From Planctomycetota bacterium (GTDB lineage Bacteria; Planctomycetota; UBA1135; UBA2386): 64,000 bases of DNA. Of the stretch, positions 53,401-61,741 are shown in pieces. A program made the position numbers and the translations under genes. Where the stretch lies: NCBI GenBank assembly GCA_965228735.1, contig OZ245838.1, positions 928,001-992,000 on the forward strand, in the 5' to 3' direction. Within the stretch, counting starts at the first letter, position 1. Each line of letters opens with the position of its first letter. The notes under the pieces are model-generated. The model worked only from the letters and a program-made list of their open reading frames with translations. It was not told where the DNA came from and searched no databases.

Positions 53401-53792
53401 TTCTGCAGGAAGTCGCGCAGCGTGTCGCCGGCGACGAACTGCATCACGAGGAACGAGACCTCGCCGTGCTCGGTCTGCACCGTCTCGAGCGCGTGGATCG
53501 CCGCGAGGTTGCCGTGCCGCAGCTTGCGCCCGAGCTCGCCCTCGCTGCGGAACCGCTGCAGCGCGCGTTCGTCGGTCGTCCGGTCGACCCGCAGGAACTT
53601 GATCGCGACCTCGGCCCCGCGGGCGACGTCGCCATACGCCGTGAGCAGCCGCGCCCGGTGGACCGTGCCCGAGGACCCGCGCCCGAGTTCGCCGAGCAGC
53701 TCGAACCGCCCTTCGGCCGCGTCGGCATACAGCCGCGCCGCGCGGGTCTGCGCGGTTGCGCTTCTGTCGGGCGTCTGCGACTCTTCGCTCAC
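50433..53792 (-). CDS. Ser/Thr protein kinase fused to degenerate AAA/STAND ATPase and TPR-like region
   Basis: LGRGSSGTV, AIK, HRDVKPEN, DLG, APE, DLYSLG; then LVGR..EL..L and GPHGAGRRR; helical C-terminus. Confidence 0.88.
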   Translation of the reverse strand: MSEESQTPDRSATAQTRAARLYADAAEGRFELLGELGRGSSGTVHRARLLTAYGDVARGAEVAIKFLRVDRTTDERALQRFRSEGELGRKLRHGNLAAIHALETVQTEHGEVSFLVMQFVAGDTLRDFLQKSQVAVEDLVRRIGSDAAAGLAALHGKGLIHRDVKPENLILTPDSQLKIVDLGLVRPFGQGGGSGSSSASGFGLAGSVAYAAPESLRGDRVGPRSDLYSLGIVLFEVATGEHPFQDATTADAMIDAHLHREPPPAAHVRPSVSPLLGQLLRAMLSKDPDRRPKDAAELSRILAQGEQSEYWRRLEAQEPVRASRRRLLAMRRPAEAELVGRRDELLQLDRAMQNARSGHGQVVAITGPHGAGRRRLLDHAIERWLDQPDPPLLLGGEADRELGHAEPFASTLLDVLLRGDDHGSPQAEARAAAAARTIYGLSVDDAAALAAVAMGRSPEKPEVRADRLATALLALARPRRAVVLRVDHAEHLDTSGQLVLQRLARRADRSPILVLLTTGTDDVPADRRIEIGGLAEREFLRFGHALFRPGEVDDAFLRAAHETLSGVPGNLVEALDHLVSEGRLAGSPGAYRDLQPGVELDPAPDHVQRFVQRVRSLPAEAREVLTAAAVLGRRGLLADLVRLTGRPELAVLETLSLFRGRIVRAQGGQVWFRHRRFAKALLDVTPLDRRRELHLLAADQLQERGASSTEVGMHFSQALAHDRAIAPLLDGLAELVRSSSRRTALRIAGRVAAHLQHVEDTPANAHHRLRLLLLHAEARVNNRQQDAAVRDYRAAETLARELGDGESSAAARVGLAGLELAAGHLLTAIALLESVHDDLAPGNARTTAAARIAARAHGLHGRILLYQGQAVAGHRHLQAALRRLPAEDDELRCHLRIDLARLEALQYHFPTALKTLQQIDKDPAARNLPRVRLRLLLYRGHMRSLLGDDDAAQDLRFAIDEAEQLSLPSYGGRAELYLGERQFWRGRDEDARDHFERACVLAIAGGDRLGEAMSRAYLVRLGDTDTALAEVVERLAMPSVAANWLLAAAGAGEVPAAHREVLEELAASQDLQLFQHLRILLLSKRPASARSLIRTIAQRIPERRARRRFLALWPKAARI

Positions 53793-53825
53793 CGCCGGTT
53801 TGTAGCGCCGGAGGTCACACGTTTC

Positions 53826-55265
53826 ATGCCGATCCGCCTTCACAACTCGTTCACCCGCCAGCTCGAAGAGCTGCGTCCGCTCGTGCCTGGCAAGGTGACG
53901 ATGTACAACTGTGGGCCCACGGTCTACAGCTCGCCGCACATCGGCAACTTCCGCAGCTTCCTCTTCGCCGACGTTCTGCGGCGCTTCCTGGAGGACCAGG
54001 GACTCGAGGTCACGCAGGTGATGAACATCACCGATGTGGGCCACCTCACGCTCGACGATGTCGAGGGCGGCGAGGACAAGATGGAGGCGGCGTCGAAGAA
54101 GACCGGCAAGACCGCCTGGGAGATCGCCGAGCACTACATCCGCGAGTTCGAGGACTGCCAGCAGAAGCTGCGCGTGCGTTTGCCGCACCATATGCCGCGG
54201 GCGACCGACTTCATCCCGCAGATGGGCGCGATCATCGGCGATCTGCTCGACAAGGGCGTGGCGTACCAGGTGAACGGCGACGTCTACTTCGCGATCGAGA
54301 AGTTCCCCGGCTACGGGCAGCTGTCCGGCAAGAAGCTGGAAGAACTCGTCGAGGGCGCGCGCGTCGCCGTGAACGACGACAAGAAGGACCCGCGCGACTT
54401 CGCGCTGTGGAAGACGGACGACCAGCACCAGATGCAGTGGGACGCGCCGTTCCCCGGCGGCGCGCGCGGCTTCCCGGGCTGGCACATCGAGTGCTCCGCG
54501 ATGGCGATGCACTACCTCGGCAAGGCGGTCGACATCCACACGGGTGGCGAGGACAACGTCTTTCCGCACCACGAATGTGAGATCGCGCAGAGCGAGGCGC
54601 ACACCGGTGAGCGCTTCGTGTCGATCTGGATGCACGCGCGCCATCTGCTCGTCGACAACACCAAGATGTCGAAGAGCCTCGGCAACTTCTTCACGGTCGC
54701 CGACATCCTCGCGAAGGGCTACTCCGGGCTCGAGCTGCGCTACGCGCTGATTCGGGTGCAGTATCGCCAGACGCTCAACTTCACGCTCGACGGGCTCGTC
54801 GAGGCGCGAGCGGCGATCGATCGCGTGCAGCGTTGTCGGGCTCGGTTGGCGCGGGTGCGGGACGGCGCCGAGAGCGCGGGTGACGACGACCTCGCCGCGG
54901 CCGTCGACGCGGCCGGCACGGCGTTCACGGCCGCGATGAGCGAAGACCTGAACGTGAGCCTCGCGCTCGGCAAGGTCTTCGACTTCGTCGCGGCGTGCAA
55001 CAAGGCGGCGCCGTCCGTCGCGGGGGCGACCGCGGCGCTCGAGATGTTCGCCCGGTTCGAAGACGTGCTCGCCTGTTTCGGCGAGGAGCCCGCGGCCGAC
55101 ACTGCGGCCGGCGCGCCGCCCGAACTCCTGCAGAAGCTCGAGGCGCGGACGGCCGCGAAGAAGGCGAAGGACTGGCCGGCGGCGGACGCGCTGCGCGACG
55201 AGATCGCCGCGGCCGGCTGGAAGATCGTCGACACGCCGCAGGGCCCGCGGCTCGAGCCCGCGTAG
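53826..55265 (+). CDS. cysS: Cysteine--tRNA ligase
   Basis: [38 protein letters not shown]. Confidence 0.97.
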   Translation: MPIRLHNSFTRQLEELRPLVPGKVTMYNCGPTVYSSPHIGNFRSFLFADVLRRFLEDQGLEVTQVMNITDVGHLTLDDVEGGEDKMEAASKKTGKTAWEIAEHYIREFEDCQQKLRVRLPHHMPRATDFIPQMGAIIGDLLDKGVAYQVNGDVYFAIEKFPGYGQLSGKKLEELVEGARVAVNDDKKDPRDFALWKTDDQHQMQWDAPFPGGARGFPGWHIECSAMAMHYLGKAVDIHTGGEDNVFPHHECEIAQSEAHTGERFVSIWMHARHLLVDNTKMSKSLGNFFTVADILAKGYSGLELRYALIRVQYRQTLNFTLDGLVEARAAIDRVQRCRARLARVRDGAESAGDDDLAAAVDAAGTAFTAAMSEDLNVSLALGKVFDFVAACNKAAPSVAGATAALEMFARFEDVLACFGEEPAADTAAGAPPELLQKLEARTAAKKAKDWPAADALRDEIAAAGWKIVDTPQGPRLEPA

Positions 55266-55320
55266 CGCCGAAACGGCGATTCGGGCTGACCGCGCCGAGG
55301 CGCGATCCGTAAGAACGGGC

Positions 55321-56571
55321 ATGCGCGCTGCTCTCTGGCTCGGTCTCGTCGGCTCCGTTCTGCTCGGTTCGTTCGGTGCCGGGGCATGTGCTGGTCTGCT
55401 CGCTCAGGATCCGCAGGGCCATGGTCAGGGGCGGGGCCAGGGCGATCCCGCGCCGCCGGCGCCGGTCTCCGCGCCGGCCGCGGCCGACCCGGCGATCGAG
55501 CAGGCGTTCCGGGAGCACCTGGGCGCGATGCGGGCGGCGCGGGGCTTCTGCGGCGCATCCGTGGCCGCGGTGTTGCCGGGTGGCGCGATCGCCGCGGTCG
55601 CGGTGGGCGAGGACGCCGCCGGCGCGACGCTCACGCCGCACACGCGCCTGATGTCGGGCAGCATCGGCAAGACCTATTGCGCCGCGGTCGTGCTGCAGCT
55701 CGTCGGCGAGGGCAAGCTCGAGCTCGACGGCAAGGTCGTCGATGTGCTGGGCGAACGGGAGTGGTACGCGCGCATCCCGAACGCGCAGTCGATCACGATC
55801 CGGCAGCTGCTCAATCACACGGCCGGGATCCGGGAGCACGTCTGGAACCCGGAGTTCCACAAGGCGCTCGAACGCGAGCCGGACACCGCGTTGACGCCGA
55901 CGCAGTGCCTCGCGTTCGTGCTCGACGACGACCCGCTGTTCCCGGCGGGCGAGCGCTTCGCCTATGCCGACACCAACTATCTGCTCGCCGGCCTCTGCGT
56001 CGAGGAGGTCACGGGCGCGCCGTTCGCGGTCGCGTTGCGGCACCGCCTGCTCGAACCGCTCGGGCTCGAGGATACGGCTTGGAACGACAGCCGCGTGATG
56101 CCGAAGCTCGCGTGTGGGGACGCGAGCGGGCTCGCGTTCACGAAGGGGAAGACCACGCGGGACGGGAAGTACTTCGTCAACCCGGCCTTCGAATACTGCG
56201 GCGGCGGCGTGCGGTCGACGCCGACCGATCTCGCGCGGTGGACGCGCGCGCTGTTCGCGGGCGATGTCGTGCCCGAGGCGCTGCGCGCCGACCATCGCCG
56301 CGGGGTCAAGGCGCCGGGGCACGTCTCCGGGAGCTACGGACTCGGCTGCTTCACGGGCCCGTCACGGCACGGGCCGGCGTTCGGGCATTCCGGTATCATG
56401 CCGGGCTTCCTGAGCTACACGCTGTGGTTCGAGGAGCACGATCTGACGGTTGCACTGCAGTTCCCGACCGACGACGTGCGCCGCCTCGGCGACCTGCGGC
56501 GCCATGTCGAGGACCTCGCGGACAAGGCGCTGGTCGAACTCCGCAAGAAGGGCGCGGCGAAGGACGAGTAG
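55321..56571 (+). CDS. Secreted serine hydrolase (beta-lactamase/D-peptidase family)
   Basis: Signal peptide; GSIGK (SxxK), LLNHTAG, YADTNY, GHSG. Confidence 0.88.
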   Translation: MRAALWLGLVGSVLLGSFGAGACAGLLAQDPQGHGQGRGQGDPAPPAPVSAPAAADPAIEQAFREHLGAMRAARGFCGASVAAVLPGGAIAAVAVGEDAAGATLTPHTRLMSGSIGKTYCAAVVLQLVGEGKLELDGKVVDVLGEREWYARIPNAQSITIRQLLNHTAGIREHVWNPEFHKALEREPDTALTPTQCLAFVLDDDPLFPAGERFAYADTNYLLAGLCVEEVTGAPFAVALRHRLLEPLGLEDTAWNDSRVMPKLACGDASGLAFTKGKTTRDGKYFVNPAFEYCGGGVRSTPTDLARWTRALFAGDVVPEALRADHRRGVKAPGHVSGSYGLGCFTGPSRHGPAFGHSGIMPGFLSYTLWFEEHDLTVALQFPTDDVRRLGDLRRHVEDLADKALVELRKKGAAKDE

Positions 56572-56650
56572 CCTGGGCACCGTACCCAACATGGAACCCG
56601 GAAGAACTTCGCTCGTAGGACCGGCAGTTCTCGTACCCTAGGAACCTGCC

Positions 56651-57301
56651 ATGATCCGTTCTACCGCGCTCGTTTCGCTCGCCCTGCTCGCCCTGCTCGT
56701 TCTGCTGCCGGCATGTGGCACCGGTGCGGCCGAGCGTTCACCCGATGGCGCGCCGCTCGCCGAGGATCAGCCCGATCGCATCGCGCTTGCCCAGCCGGCC
56801 GACGAGCCCACCGTCACCACACCGGCGCAGGAGTCGCCCGCACCCGAGACCAAGAAGTCGATGACCGAGTCCACCGAGAAGTCCGACGTTCCGAACGCAT
56901 CCGACGGCTACAACGAGCTGACCGCGGAGGAGGCGCGCGTGATCCTGCACAAGGGCACGGAATGGCGCGGCACGGGCGAGTACACCGACCTCGACGACAA
57001 GGGCACCTACATCTGCCGGCAGTGCAACATCCCGCTCTACACGAGCGATCAGAAGTTCCACAGCGGCTGCGGTTGGCCCGCGTTCGACGACGAGATCGAA
57101 GGGCGCGTCGATCGCGTGCCGGATGCCGATGGCATGCGCACCGAGATCGTCTGCAACAACTGCAAGGGCCACCTCGGACACGTGTTCCTCGGCGAGGGCT
57201 ACACGAAGACGAACACGCGGCACTGCGTGAACTCGATCTCGATGATCTTCGTGCCGGCGGGCAAGGAACTGCCGGCGCCGATCGTGCTCGACGAGAAGTA
57301 G
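56651..57301 (+). CDS. msrB: Methionine-R-sulfoxide reductase, lipoprotein
   Basis: LPAC lipobox; KGTE, CRQC, SGCGWPAF, CNNC, GHLGHVF, RHCVNS. Confidence 0.93.
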   Translation: MIRSTALVSLALLALLVLLPACGTGAAERSPDGAPLAEDQPDRIALAQPADEPTVTTPAQESPAPETKKSMTESTEKSDVPNASDGYNELTAEEARVILHKGTEWRGTGEYTDLDDKGTYICRQCNIPLYTSDQKFHSGCGWPAFDDEIEGRVDRVPDADGMRTEIVCNNCKGHLGHVFLGEGYTKTNTRHCVNSISMIFVPAGKELPAPIVLDEK

Positions 57302-57322
57302 GGTCCTCGTCGAGCGCGCGGG

Positions 57323-58420
57323 CTACCGCGGTCGCAGCACGTCGAAGCGCACGGGCTCCATCCGCGCCAGCTTGCGGTGGACCTCCTTCAGCTGGTCACG
57401 GCACGCGTCGATGTCGAGCTGCAGACCCTGGCTCTCGACCCGCGCTTCGAACAGCTCCTTGCGCTGCCGATCGAGCCGCGCCATGACCTCGTCGTGGGTC
57501 TTCTGCGTCGCCTCGAGGCTCTGCAGGCGTGCCCGCCGGCGTTCGAGCTCGACCGTGACGGTCGGCAGCTCCGCAAGGACCGACGTCAGCATCTTCTGAA
57601 CGTCCATGTCCTGCTGCAGGAGCCGGTCCCTTTCGACCTGCAGGTTCTCGTGCTCCGCCGTGAGGTTCGCGAGCTCGTCCTGCAGCGCGAGCACCTCCTT
57701 CTTTGCTTGGACCGTCGCGATCCGATCGCGCAACGCGGAGAGCTTGGTCGCGACCGTGTTCAGCTCGACGTTGACCTTGTCCGTGCGCACCATGAGCACG
57801 TGGCGCTGGTTGGAGTAGTCGCGCGTGACCTTCTCGAGCCGTTCCACGGCCCGTTCCTCGGTGGCCACGTTGATCCGGGCCTCGGCGGCGTCGGCCGTGA
57901 CCGCGTGCATCGAGTCGCGGTGGCGGGCGATCTCCGCCGCCAGGGTGCCGGTCTTCTCCGTCAGCTTCTCCTGCACCATCATGAGTTTGCCGAGTTCCAC
58001 CGTCAGGCGGTGGCAGCGCTCCTGCAGGCGGGAACGCGGCTCCTCGTGGAGCAGGTAGTCGATCCGCTTCTCGACGTGCGCCCGGACCGCGTCGATGACC
58101 GCGTCGGGCTTCGGGGGTTCGGCGTCCGACCGAAGCTGCAATTCGATCGTGAAGTGCAGCTGGTAGGTGCCGGGTTCCTGGCCCGACGGCTCCTCGACGT
58201 AGATCGGCTCGAAGCCCTGGATCCGGTCGCCGAACTGGCGCTCGAACGCAGCGCCGACCTCGGGCTCGTTCGCGATCGCGCGGGCGAGGCTGGCGTTGAG
58301 CATCAGGTCGGTCGGCCCGGTGCGCACGATCAGCACGAACTCCTGGGCCGGCAACGACTCGGTCAGGGCCGCGAGCGGCAGGCAGCAGAACAGGGCGGTG
58401 GCGAAGGGTCGGTGCATCAT
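57323..58420 (-). CDS. Secreted long coiled-coil protein
   Basis: Signal peptide; about 220 aa of heptad-rich sequence; ATGA-coupled to the upstream gene. Confidence 0.7.
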   Translation of the reverse strand: MMHRPFATALFCCLPLAALTESLPAQEFVLIVRTGPTDLMLNASLARAIANEPEVGAAFERQFGDRIQGFEPIYVEEPSGQEPGTYQLHFTIELQLRSDAEPPKPDAVIDAVRAHVEKRIDYLLHEEPRSRLQERCHRLTVELGKLMMVQEKLTEKTGTLAAEIARHRDSMHAVTADAAEARINVATEERAVERLEKVTRDYSNQRHVLMVRTDKVNVELNTVATKLSALRDRIATVQAKKEVLALQDELANLTAEHENLQVERDRLLQQDMDVQKMLTSVLAELPTVTVELERRRARLQSLEATQKTHDEVMARLDRQRKELFEARVESQGLQLDIDACRDQLKEVHRKLARMEPVRFDVLRPR

Positions 58421-58896
58421 CGGTTCGTCCTCGATTGGGTGTTCTCGGTTGGTGCCATCCGGCCGGCGCGGGGGCTCCCGGCGAGCGCGAGCGCCGCCTC
58501 GGCGCGCACGGTCGCGAGCTGGTTGTCCAGGTGCGCGCGCCGCGCCGCGTCGGCGACGCGGGCCCGATCGTGCGCCCGGCTCGCGCGTAGGTCGGCAACC
58601 GAGTTCGCGACGTCCCGCTCGAGGCGGTCGGCGGCGCGCGTCAGCGCCGCGATCATCGCCGCGGATGCCGGCTCCGAGTCGCCCGGCGCGTCGCGGTCGT
58701 GATCGAGCGTTTGCGCATTCTGGTAGGCGAACAGGCCCGTCGCGACCACGAGCGCCGCGATGGCGGCGCCGGCGACGCGTCGGCGCGCCCGGTTCCGGCC
58801 GAGCCGCTCGACGTCGATGGGCGGGGCCGACGTCGGGGGCAATGCCGCATCAGTGGCCGCGAGCCGTGCCAGCATCGTGCTCTCGCGCTCGCTCAT
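58417..58896 (-). CDS. Putative single-TM anti-sigma factor
   Basis: Directly downstream of the ECF sigma gene with ATGA overlap; RARRR followed by a TM helix. Confidence 0.6.
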   Translation of the reverse strand: MSERESTMLARLAATDAALPPTSAPPIDVERLGRNRARRRVAGAAIAALVVATGLFAYQNAQTLDHDRDAPGDSEPASAAMIAALTRAADRLERDVANSVADLRASRAHDRARVADAARRAHLDNQLATVRAEAALALAGSPRAGRMAPTENTQSRTNR

Positions 58897-59498
58897 GCGT
58901 CGCGCTCCTGCAGATCGAGTAGCTCACGCAGGCGATTCCGGGCGCGCGAGAGTCGGGCGTCGACGGCCGCGCGTGAACACCCGAGCAGCTCGCCGACCTC
59001 GGTGACGTCTCGCTGTTCGAGGTATCGGAGCACGAGCACCTCGCGATCCTGATGGGACAGCCGCTGCATCGCGGCGTGGGTGGCATCGAGCCGGGTGTCC
59101 CCGTCGCAGGGGCCGCCGAGGGGGCCTGCCGCGGCGACGGGCTCCGTTACGAGCCCGAGCCAGCCGAAGAACCGCCGCCGCCGCCGCTGCGCGCGCGTGT
59201 GGCTGTTGGTCTTGTTCACCGCGATCCGGTGGAGCCAGGTCGAAACGCCCGCATGGCCGCGGAACGAGTCGCGATGGCGCCACGCCGCGAGCAGGGTCTC
59301 CTGCAGAACGTCGTCCACCTCGCTGCTGCCAGCGGGCCAGCCGAGCAGGCGGTGGATGAGTCGGCGCAGACGCGGCTGCTCGGCCGTGAGCAGCTCGACG
59401 GAGCACTCGGTTGCCGCCGGAGCCCCGGCCCGGTCGGCGTCGTTGCCGAGACTGCGGGACTCGTGGTTCCAGGCGGGCATGGCGAACGCAATCGACAC
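58893..59498 (-). CDS. ECF RNA polymerase sigma factor
   Basis: DDVLQETLLAAW, FRGHAGVSTWLHRIAVN, REVLVLRY, ARLSRARNRL. Confidence 0.92.
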   Translation of the reverse strand: MSIAFAMPAWNHESRSLGNDADRAGAPAATECSVELLTAEQPRLRRLIHRLLGWPAGSSEVDDVLQETLLAAWRHRDSFRGHAGVSTWLHRIAVNKTNSHTRAQRRRRRFFGWLGLVTEPVAAAGPLGGPCDGDTRLDATHAAMQRLSHQDREVLVLRYLEQRDVTEVGELLGCSRAAVDARLSRARNRLRELLDLQERDA

Positions 59499-59587
59499 GG
59501 TAGCCGTCTGACTCCGGTCGGTGGGCGGATCTGACAGGCAGTTCGAGGAATCGTGGACGCGACGGGGGAACGGCTATGCTCCGTGGC

Positions 59588-59986
59588 ATGAGACCTGCGC
59601 AGCAACTCGCCGCCGGCTGCGCGATCGTGTTCGCGATCGCGCTGTCTGGCTGCACCGTGTTCGACGACGAACAGCGGCGGACTCTCAACTGGCTCGACGA
59701 GAGTCTCGCCCCGGAAAGCGCCGGTGCGCGCTACGCGGTGCTGCCCGTCGCCGTGCCCGTCGGATTCGTGGCTCTCACGGCCGACGCCGTCGTCGTGAAC
59801 CCCGTGATGTCGATCGACGACGCGTGGCTCGACACCCGCGACCTGCTGTGGACCCGCGGGGAGGACGTCTCGAATCTGCGCCGGGTCCTCGTGGCGCCGT
59901 TCGCTGCCGCGGCGACGCCGATCGTGTTCGCCGGCAACTGGCTGGGCCGGTGCCTGTTCCCGTTCGACCCGTACGAGGCCGAGTGA
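59588..59986 (+). CDS. Small hypothetical lipoprotein
   Basis: LSGC lipobox; hydrophobic PVAVPVGFVAL..DAVVVNP..IDDAW. Confidence 0.7.
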   Translation: MRPAQQLAAGCAIVFAIALSGCTVFDDEQRRTLNWLDESLAPESAGARYAVLPVAVPVGFVALTADAVVVNPVMSIDDAWLDTRDLLWTRGEDVSNLRRVLVAPFAAAATPIVFAGNWLGRCLFPFDPYEAE

Positions 59987-60770
59987 TGCATCGCCGCCGA
60001 TCTGCTGCCGCGCGCGCCGCCGTGCTCGCGCTCCTCGCGATGCTGTCGTCGTCCTGCGCGTTCGCCAACCCGGCCAACCGGCCGGTGTGGAACGCGTTCG
60101 AGGACAACCTCGTGCCCGAATCCGACGGGGCGTTCTGGGCGACCTTGCCGTTGACCGCGCCGGTCGGGGTGCTCGCGATCCTCGTCGATACCTTCGTCGC
60201 GCACCCGCTGCAGGTCGTCGACGACGCGTGGGACGACACGGTCTCGATTGGACGGATCTGCCGTTCGACGAGGAGTACTACACGACGAGCGCGTCGCTGC
60301 CGTTCCGGGCGGTCGGGACCCCGCTGATGTTCGCGGGCTCGTTCCTCGCGCGCAGCGTGTTCGACATCCACGAACCGCTCGATCAGGAGGAACGCCGCCA
60401 GAAGCGCCAGGCGACCCGGCGGAAGGCGGTGCTCGAGTGGCTCGAGCGGATCGAGAACGGGGAGAACCCGAACGTCCAGCGCCGCTTCCCCGAGGTGATC
60501 GACGAGGACGTCGTGGCCGCGGTGCAGCGCGCGCTCGCGCAGGGCGGGGCGCACGCGCGGATCCGGGTCTATCGCGCGGTCACCCGTTCGGAGGATCCGA
60601 CGATCGTCGATTGGCTCGCCGCGCTGCGGGATCCGTCGGGCGTCGTCCGCTACGAGGTGCTCGACCTCATGCCGAAGTCGATCGAGGTGCCGGCGCCGCG
60701 GATCGAGGAGCTGCTGGCCGATCCGGATCAGGCCGTTCGCGAGCGCGCGGCGGAACGTTGGCGACCGTGA
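59986..60770 (+). pseudogene. Paralogous lipoprotein with C-terminal HEAT-like domain, interrupted by a 1-bp frameshift near 60247-60250
   Basis: First frame reads MHRRR...SSSC...VDDAWDDTVS; similarity to the upstream paralog continues in another frame as WTDLPFD...LPFRAVGTPLMFAG. Confidence 0.75.
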
Positions 60771-61711
60771 GCCGGCAAATCGAGCTCACGGCCGCGGAGA
60801 ACGACCAGCGCTTCGACCGCTACCTGCGCAAGCTGCTGCCGGCGATGCCGCTCGGCGCGATCATGAAGCACCTGCGCAGCGGCCGGATCCGCGTCGACGG
60901 CAAGAAGGTGAAGGGCGCGTTGCGGCTCGCCGAGGGCATGGTCGTGGAGCTGCGGCTGTCGCCGGCCGACCTCGCGGCCCTGGCGTCGGCCGACCGGCAT
61001 CCGGCCAGTCGCGGCGAACAGCCGTCTGCTGCCGCGCCGGCGCCCGCCTACCGCGGGCCCGTGCCGCGGCAGGTGCACTCCGACAAGGACGTGCTCGTCG
61101 TCGCCAAGCCGTCGGGTCTGGCGGTGCATCCCGGCAGCGGCCACCGCGGCGACACCCTCGTCGACTGGCTGAACGCCTCCGGGCGCGGCACCCGGACGGC
61201 GACCTTCGCGCCCGCGCCGGCGCATCGCCTCGATCGCGAGACGAGCGGCCTGCTCGCGATCGGGCTGTCGCCCGCCGGGCTCGCCGGCCTCACCGCCGCG
61301 TTCCGTGAGGACGCGGTCGAGAAGGTCTACTACGCGGTCGTCGACGGGCGGTTGAGCCGGGAGTCGGGCACGATCGACGAGCCGTTGCGGACGGTCCGCG
61401 CCGCCAGCAGCAGCGAGCCCAAGGTCGTCGTCGATACCAGCTCCGGCCAGGCCGCCCACACCGACTACGAGGTCGTCGAGCAGCAGCGCAACGCGGCGCT
61501 CGTTCGACTGCGTCCGCGGACGGGACGAACGCACCAGCTGCGCGTCCACCTCGCCGCGCTGGGGCACCCGATCCGGGGCGATCGCCGCTACGGCGGGTCG
61601 GTCGCGCGGCGTCTGATGCTGCACGCCGGCGAGCTGCGCTTTCGCCACCCCGTGAGCGGTGCCGCGTTGCGTCTGACCGAGCCGCTGCCGGCCGGATTCG
61701 CCATGCAATAG
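60767..61711 (+). CDS. RluA/RluC-family 23S rRNA pseudouridine synthase with S4 domain
   Basis: QRFDRYLRK, KPSGLAVH, HRLDRETSG, TGRTHQLRVH, GHPIRGD, LHA. Confidence 0.92.
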   Translation: MSRQIELTAAENDQRFDRYLRKLLPAMPLGAIMKHLRSGRIRVDGKKVKGALRLAEGMVVELRLSPADLAALASADRHPASRGEQPSAAAPAPAYRGPVPRQVHSDKDVLVVAKPSGLAVHPGSGHRGDTLVDWLNASGRGTRTATFAPAPAHRLDRETSGLLAIGLSPAGLAGLTAAFREDAVEKVYYAVVDGRLSRESGTIDEPLRTVRAASSSEPKVVVDTSSGQAAHTDYEVVEQQRNAALVRLRPRTGRTHQLRVHLAALGHPIRGDRRYGGSVARRLMLHAGELRFRHPVSGAALRLTEPLPAGFAMQ

Positions 61712-61741
61712 CGGCCGGCTCGCGCTACGAACGACCGACAT

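Noticed and set aside
50970..55322. Apparent giant overlapping ORFs (1431 aa on +, 1629 aa on -) suggesting cysS or kinase fusions
   Set aside because: Each is a real gene extended by the antisense shadow of its divergent neighbour; recognisable sequence starts at 53826 (cysS) and 53792 (kinase).
55321..56571. Beta-lactam resistance gene
   Set aside because: The motifs fit the broad serine hydrolase/D-peptidase family (HSG rather than KTG) and there is no mobile context.
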